The notes beneath the pieces are model-generated. The model was not told the origin of the DNA, searched no databases, and worked only from the letters and a program-made list of their open reading frames with translations. A stretch of DNA of 64,000 bases. Source: the human T2T-CHM13v2.0 reference genome, Homo sapiens. The stretch is taken from assembly GCF_009914755.1 (NCBI RefSeq), contig NC_060935.1; one strand, 5' to 3'. Position numbers and translations under genes: made by a program. Position 1 is the stretch's first letter; every line of letters begins with the position of its first letter. Shown one piece after another: positions 57,868 through 64,000 of the stretch.

Positions 57868-60166
57868 GAAGTGTTGAATTTTGATAATGAATATAGGTAT
57901 GTAATTTATATTTAGCATTCCTGGCATTTCATCGTGGTCCTAGTTGCAAGTATTGACAAGTTCCAGTTTGTTGGATAGTGATAAAAAACACTGATTGGCA
58001 TGGGAAACATCTGCCATCAATTCATAGCCTTTTCCTGCAGGAGAGGGATGGAGCCCTTCTTAGGCAGTTAGACCAAAATCTATTGACTTGGACATGCAAG
58101 ATCTATTGGTTTAGAAAAGTGAGTTTGGTAACATGAGTTCCCTGGGGATCCTTCAATTTTCCTGGGTCAGAAGAGATAAATTACAATTCCATAAAGGTAT
58201 TTTGCCATATAGGAGGGAAGCAAACATATATATGTACTCATGAATCTTTACATATAAATACATATCTGTACATATTCATATAAAGCAAAAGAGATGCTAC
58301 ATATAATATTTTTAGATATATGTACTTAAAGTCATATAAAAACATATATACATATACATGTCTATCTGAGATATAAATAATACATAAGGTAGGATAGAGG
58401 GGCAAGACAAGTAGAAGCTGATATCAAAGTTGGAGACAGACAATCACAAAAAAAAAAAAAGAACTTGAAAAGGAAAATATTCTGGAGCCATTAATTTGAA
58501 AAAGATGTGGACCTATACATTTATTAGCCCCTGAAGGCATTACGGTATCATAGGTGGCTTAAACTGTGTTTGTTGAATTTGAATTTAACAAAGCAACAGT
58601 GCTCATGAATTTCTGAAATGTGAAGAAAAGTTTAAATTATAGTCAAAGTACAGTGCTCTATTTAGGAAATGGGGAGCTATATTATCATTTTAGAAAGATT
58701 TTAATTCATAGTAACAAAATTGTTCTTATTCACGATGAACTTCTAGAAGATTCACACATAGAGGATATTTTTATGAAACAAAATAGGATAATATAGGCAT
58801 TGTTTTGCATGACACAGTGCTGAGCATATGGTAAAAACTAGTAAATACTTGAAAAAGAATTCAGTATATACAGGGCCTTTTAAAAATGCACTTGATTACT
58901 TGACTGCTGGAGGACACGATAATATATTCCTTACCTACATTTTTCTACAAAATGTTGACAATCATAACAAGTCCTCATTTAGCCGCTGATTTGATTGAGC
59001 AAGTCACTGGCCTGTGTTCACTCAAATGGGAGACTAAAATGTAAAACTACTTCCTAAAAAGTTGACTAAGAAATTGATACCTTTTGTCAACCTAAAATAA
59101 TAACACATTTCCTTTGAGCTTATCTCTTATTTTAAGCCCTCAAGATATGAAAACTACTACTGATAAGTACTGTAAAGAATCTGCAGTCAACTCACATTCT
59201 TTTATATAATTAGTAGGATTGCTCAGGCAGCTTATCTGCTTTAAGTTCTGAAAATCTCTTTATCCTTTATCTTCAGAAACACTAATCACTTGGGAAGGAC
59301 AAGACTGAGAGAACTTGCTTTAAAGTCGATTAACAAATTTTTTTTTCATCAAATTCTATTGCTTGAGTTTCCTGGGTTTCTTGAATCTATTAGTTCAACT
59401 ACTTCCCTTTCTGGTATCTGAAATTGTACTTTACATCCACTTGAGCATAGGTGAGTTGCTTGCATTTCCTGGCGAGATAAGCATTTCTGAAGGCCTTTTC
59501 TATTCATTCTTTGGCTGACTTTTGCCAGGCCCAGGGAACAGGGAACAACTAGTCTGAGAACTAGGAAGCCTTTGCTCTGGGTTTCCTTCTGTGATCTGGT
59601 AAGAGCCCTTTGGCTACCAGCCACAGAAATGACTGGCAACATTAAGCAAAAGAAACTCTTGGAAGGATAGCAAAGGCCCAGACTCAGCGGATGGCTGAAA
59701 ATCTGGTTTGAAGATGGGCTGGTGCCATGGCCACTTCAGAGGCTGGGAAGCAGGAGCCTCAGCAACAGTTGCAGCAGGGACAGACAGCAAGAACAACACT
59801 GCTAGGATGAGATGGAACATCCAATCCCGGGGGGCTGGCCCAGGCTGGATGTTACAATTACAGTCCACTGGGCTCCATCCAACATGGAAAATGTCATTCC
59901 TTAGAGGAAATAAGGAGGCAGTTTGGGAAAAGAAACTTTTCCCATTGCATGCTGGCCAGATAACTTTGTCCACTACTGTGCTACTACCTAGTATCTTTAA
60001 AGTTGCTTCCAGCTTTGAAAACAAATGGAGAGTGCTTCTCCCATTAAAGCCGTTGGAATTACCACGTCTTAGCGATGTTTCCTTCTATGAATGCCTGTGA
60101 AACCAATGAACAATAATAGGACAAACTGGAAGACTTTTGTGAACAATGGGGGTTTATGTGGCTATA

Positions 60167-60732
60167 ATAGTTATCTATTGCTGTATAACAGTATTAGCAC
60201 AAACTTATATCTTAAAATACATGTTTATTGTCTCATAGTTTCTGTGTGTCAGGAATCCATACATGGCTCAGTTTGGGTCCTCTGTAGGGTCTTATAAGGC
60301 TGCGATCAAAGTGGAACTGGGAGCTGTGGTCTCATCTGAGGCTTGACTGGGGAAAGAGCCACTCTGAGCTCATTCAGGTTGTTTGCAGAATTTGTGGCCA
60401 TATGCAGGACTGATTTGTTTTTTGCTGGTTGTTGGCTACGGCCTGCCTTTTGCTGAAAGGCTGCCCACAGGCCCTTGCCACTTTGGGCCCACCGACATGG
60501 CTGCTTTGATTCCTAAAAGCCAGCAAGGGAGAGAGACTACAGCAAGATGGGCACCACAGTCTTATGACATGTGACCACATAACCACACACACAGTCACAC
60601 GCCCCGTCACCTTTACTGTATCCTATTGGTTAGAAGTAAGTTACAGGTCCCAGCCACACTCAAGGGGAGGGGAGAACACAAGGGTGTAAACACCAGGAGG
60701 TGGGGATCAAGGGGCAACCTCACAAACCTGTC
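60167..60732 (-). mobile_element. Old MLT1-family MaLR LTR
   Basis: TAGTTATCTATTGCTGTATAACA, TTTATTGTCTCATAGTTTCTG and CTATTGGTTAGAAGTAAGTTACAGGTCCCAGCCACACTCAAGGGGAGGG. Confidence 0.7.
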
Positions 60733-62550
60733 AGAGAAGCAGTACTGGGTGGGACAGTGTCCAGAGCTGCCTGGAAATCTAACACCTCCCTTCTTCCTAT
60801 GCGTCTAATTTCCCCAGGAAGGTAATTCTTTATGTGGAGAATTGATGAGGGGAACAAAACAAAACCTTGGCTTCCAATCTCTCTAGCTCAACCACAGAGG
60901 AGAAGTGGGAGGGAGACGTAAGAACCTCCTCAGAGACACAGCAGCTGTCTGTCTTGGTGTTTCTCTCATAGTTCCGTGTAACCAATTAAATCTAGTAGCC
61001 TCTACAGAACTATATATTTTGTCTTTATCTACCATTGGGCAACTTATCTTTTCTCTTTATTGCATGGAAATGCTTTATTTATTCATGTGTACATACTATC
61101 TTTCTCAACTATAAGCACCTTGAAGGCAGGGGCCATTTCTTAAATCAGAGACCATTCACCTGTTCTCTAAGAAGGATAAAAACAAAGGTACTTTGGAGGA
61201 AATAGTTCATATTGGTTCTCTAGTGGTGGAGGAAGAGGGGTTTCTAGGTCAAGGTGCAAATCTGCCCTCTTCTAGCTGTACTTGGTTGTGCAAACAAAAC
61301 ATGTGTATTTGAAAGGGCTGACTTTATTAATGCTCAGATTACCCTGAATCAATGTGCTTGATTCCTACTAGAGCTGCTAGGCATGTCTCTAGAAGTAAAT
61401 GGGCAATGGATAATGAGGTCCAATAGACATGAGCTGAGACTTGCATACACTAGCAGTGTGACCATGGACTTGTTGCTTTAATCCCTGTGAGCCTCAGTTG
61501 TAGCTCACAGATATGATACATTTAAAACGTATAACCCTGTCTACATATAGTAAACATGTAGGAAATAGATACTATGATGCTCCTTTAAGACCCTAACCAG
61601 GGAAAGCACTTGTCAATTCTCAAGGTGCAGTTCTTCCCATAACAAACGGGTCAAAGAGATGCACACTTAACACACTGGAACTTGTCCCTTCTCTTGGAGC
61701 TCCTGGGGGTTCTCCAGGTGTGGAGGACATTAGAATCCTTACTGCCGTTTTCCTGTCCCTGGAGCTGGGCCATCCAAGAAGTATGTTAAGAGAGCTGGTA
61801 CAGACCCACCTCTGAGTAGAGCAGGAAGCGTGGGACAGATGCTGGTCACACCAGGGCCCCTAGGCGCCTACCTTTCATTTCTAATCTCGTGGAGTGTGGT
61901 AGGAAGCACATGGGACTTAGCTAGGTGTTCTTGGCCAAGCAACAACCTCTCCAAAGCCAATTTTACTTCTGCAAAAGTGGAGCAATCTCAAGGGTCAAAA
62001 TGGGGGACAGAATGTAGAAACATTCTATAAACTTTGCATATCTAATGGAACCCAGCATGGATACTCTTTACTAAGAATTTGCCTCTGTGATTAGGTAAAT
62101 TTTAATTTTCTCCCAACAGTGCCCTAACCGGCGAAATGAAAATACTAACTATATTTTAGAAAAGTTTTAATTTGAACAACTTATGATTAAAAATACATTT
62201 TATAAATAATTTTTCCATAGACTTGATTGAGGATTGTTGCAAACTTTACAAAAAGATACACTGCAACAACAGATTAAAGAAATTACAAAAAATATAGCTA
62301 TACCCCTATTTAAAAATACAACATTATACATCACACAGCATTTTCTTTGTGCAAAATGTTTAAGGGAATGCTGTGTTAGGCATGTCAAGCATACTTGCTT
62401 AGAGGGAAGTAAACTTTAATACAGTTACTTTGCATAATAGTATAGGCATAGCTAAAATAATGGATTTTTCCCCCTAGAAGTTAATATATCTTAGAGTTCA
62501 ACATTTTACTTTTATTTTGTAGGATTGAAAGCTAAACTTAGCTTTATACA

Positions 62551-62556
62551 AATATA

Positions 62557-62597
<41 letters not shown>

Positions 62598-62600
62598 GTA
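62551..62600. repeat. (TG)n(TA)n microsatellite in the E2F8 3' UTR
   Basis: Read directly from the sequence. Confidence 0.9.
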
Positions 62601-62744
62601 TGAAAACAACTATCTGATTTCACATTGAACAAATCCCCAACGTATTTACAGTATTTTCAGAGAATGTGTTCTCCAAATCAGTCTGTGTACATTTTCTCTA
62701 TTAAACAACTCTTTAGAAAATTAAACTAAGCCAACATCTGTTGA

Positions 62745-62927
62745 TTAATGGACATCCTCTGTTGAGACTTCCAGTTTTCGCTGTGGGACAAAGAGAGTTC
62801 CTAAGGAGGTTTTATTAGCACCCTCAAAATCCATGCAGGATGAGCTGGTTGGCTTGGTGGGTCCACCTGGGGTACGGAAGAAACTTTCGGCCACTAATTG
62901 TGACCCTTTGGGTGTCACAGGAACAGG
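62745..62927 (-). CDS. E2F8: E2F8 last coding exon: PVPVTPKGSQLVAESFFRTPGGPTKPTSSSCMDFEGANKTSLGTLFVPQRKLEVSTEDVH*
   Basis: 183 nt, CAG acceptor, TAA at 62745-62747. The FFRTPG and QRKLEV C-terminal motifs are typical of E2F7/8. Confidence 0.95.
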   Translation of the reverse strand, partial: PVPVTPKGSQLVAESFFRTPGGPTKPTSSSCMDFEGANKTSLGTLFVPQRKLEVSTEDVH

Positions 62928-63307
62928 CTGATTGGAAAGAGAAGAATGGACAAAAGAAGTCAACCACACACAGGTACATAGTCTTACCAGACTTGGAAGA
63001 TTGGGCTGGATGAATGTATTGCACATTGGGAAACTGGCGTATCTTGAAATTGGCGAGGGAAGCTTTGGTGAGTTTTACATTCTCAATTATTTTTGTTAGG
63101 GGAGAGACAAAAATCTCATGATAACCCAATAATATGGATGCCTTGGACACTCTTCCTGGGTTCTGGAAGAAACATAGGCCTTCAATCTCCGGACTTTCCC
63201 ATCCTTTCCCTCTCCAAAGAGGAAAAGCAAAAGCCAATCTCTTATGACACAGATACTTGGGGCTTAGTAATTCCAGGAAAAATTAAATTAAGTAGAAAGC
63301 CTCTCAC

Positions 63308-63702
63308 CTGTTGTGCCCCTGTCACAGCAACTGATTGTCCATTTGGCTGGCTCTGGCCTGGGACTGGTGAGTCATAGTTGGTGGCCCTTCCTTGCTGAGT
63401 GCCTGCATTTTCTGGTGCGACATTAACAGACTCTATTCTTGGAGACACAGGAACGATTCCAGACCCAGGGCTGGCAGACAACTGCACATTGGGTGAGATG
63501 AGTCCCAGGTGCTGCAGGGTGAAGTTTACAATGGCTGAGCTTGGGTTCTGGATGGGAACAGGGTGGCTTGAAGCGAGAGCCGGGCTGTTCCCGACAGGTA
63601 CGGCTGCCACGGAAGTTGGTGAGACCATTAGCTTCAACGGTGTTACATGAAAAGAGGGAAAATTAACAGCAGTGAGTTCAGATGATGTCACTGGAATAAC
63701 AC
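63308..63702 (-). CDS. E2F8: E2F8 penultimate exon: (G)VIPVTSSELTAVNFPSFHVTPLKLMVSP...VNFTLQHLGLISP...VAVTGAQQ
   Basis: 395 nt, CAG/GTGAGA boundaries, inside ORF 63242-63691. Phases match both neighbours. Confidence 0.95.
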
Positions 63703-63818
63703 CTGGAAGGAAAAGGGGGAAGATATCTTAAAAGCACAGGCATTTATCCAAGAAGTTGACAAGGCTTAAGTGAACTTGAGACCGGCCCACATCTGGTTAG
63801 TGTTTTATGTGCACTCAC

Positions 63819-63951
63819 CTGCAATTGGGGAGCTGTAAATCCTGTGGTTTGGGGAAAGAGCACTTGAGTTTTCTTTACCAGACAAAATGGACTCTGCCCC
63901 CAGGGATGAGCACTGCGTGAGAGGGATTAGGTATCCTGATGGGAACAAGGT
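63819..63951 (-). CDS. E2F8: E2F8 coding exon: TLFPSGYLIPLTQCSSLGAESILSGKENSSALSPNHRIYSSPIA(G), absent from the ORF track
   Basis: 133 nt, TAG acceptor at 63952-63954, GTGAGT donor. Ends in phase 1, matching the next exon. Contains a KEN motif. Confidence 0.92.
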
Positions 63952-64000
63952 CTAGAAAACAAGGAGGAAGGGTTTATTTTACACACAAATACAGGAAGAA

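Noticed and set aside
58225-58385. TA-rich quasi-palindromic stretch
   Set aside because: Degenerate (TA/CA)n low-complexity sequence with no defined structure.
62100-62520. Exact E2F8 poly(A) site
   Set aside because: Several candidates (AATAAA at 62511-62516, ATTAAA at 62415, 62166 and 62101) in very AT-rich DNA. I cannot choose between them from sequence alone.

Overview
Primate genomic DNA, recognisably the human 11p15.1 ZDHHC13-CSRP3-E2F8 locus (identified from translated exons and Alu/L1PA content). It holds three genes. (1) The last seven exons of ZDHHC13 on the + strand (1435-14560), including the DQHC catalytic exon and a U12-type AC acceptor. (2) The complete cardiac/muscle LIM gene CSRP3 (MLP, 194 aa) on the - strand (about 20170-40081), with a TATA/Inr/MEF2/E-box promoter. 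(3) The last three coding exons and 3' UTR of E2F8 on the - strand (about 62200-63951). All exon lengths and phases join into continuous reading frames; exon numbers and repeat subfamilies are from memory. The rest is introns and intergenic DNA rich in Alu, L1, MaLR LTR and DNA transposon fossils. Most ORFs in the supplied track are exon read-throughs, repeat-derived or chance. I found no convincing new biological system. The best second-look items are a single Alu whose left monomer is inverted inside one TSD (twin-priming geometry), a twin-primed L1 apparently inserted into the target site of an older L1, the minor-spliceosome intron, and a possible hybrid first/internal exon over the CSRP3 TATA box.
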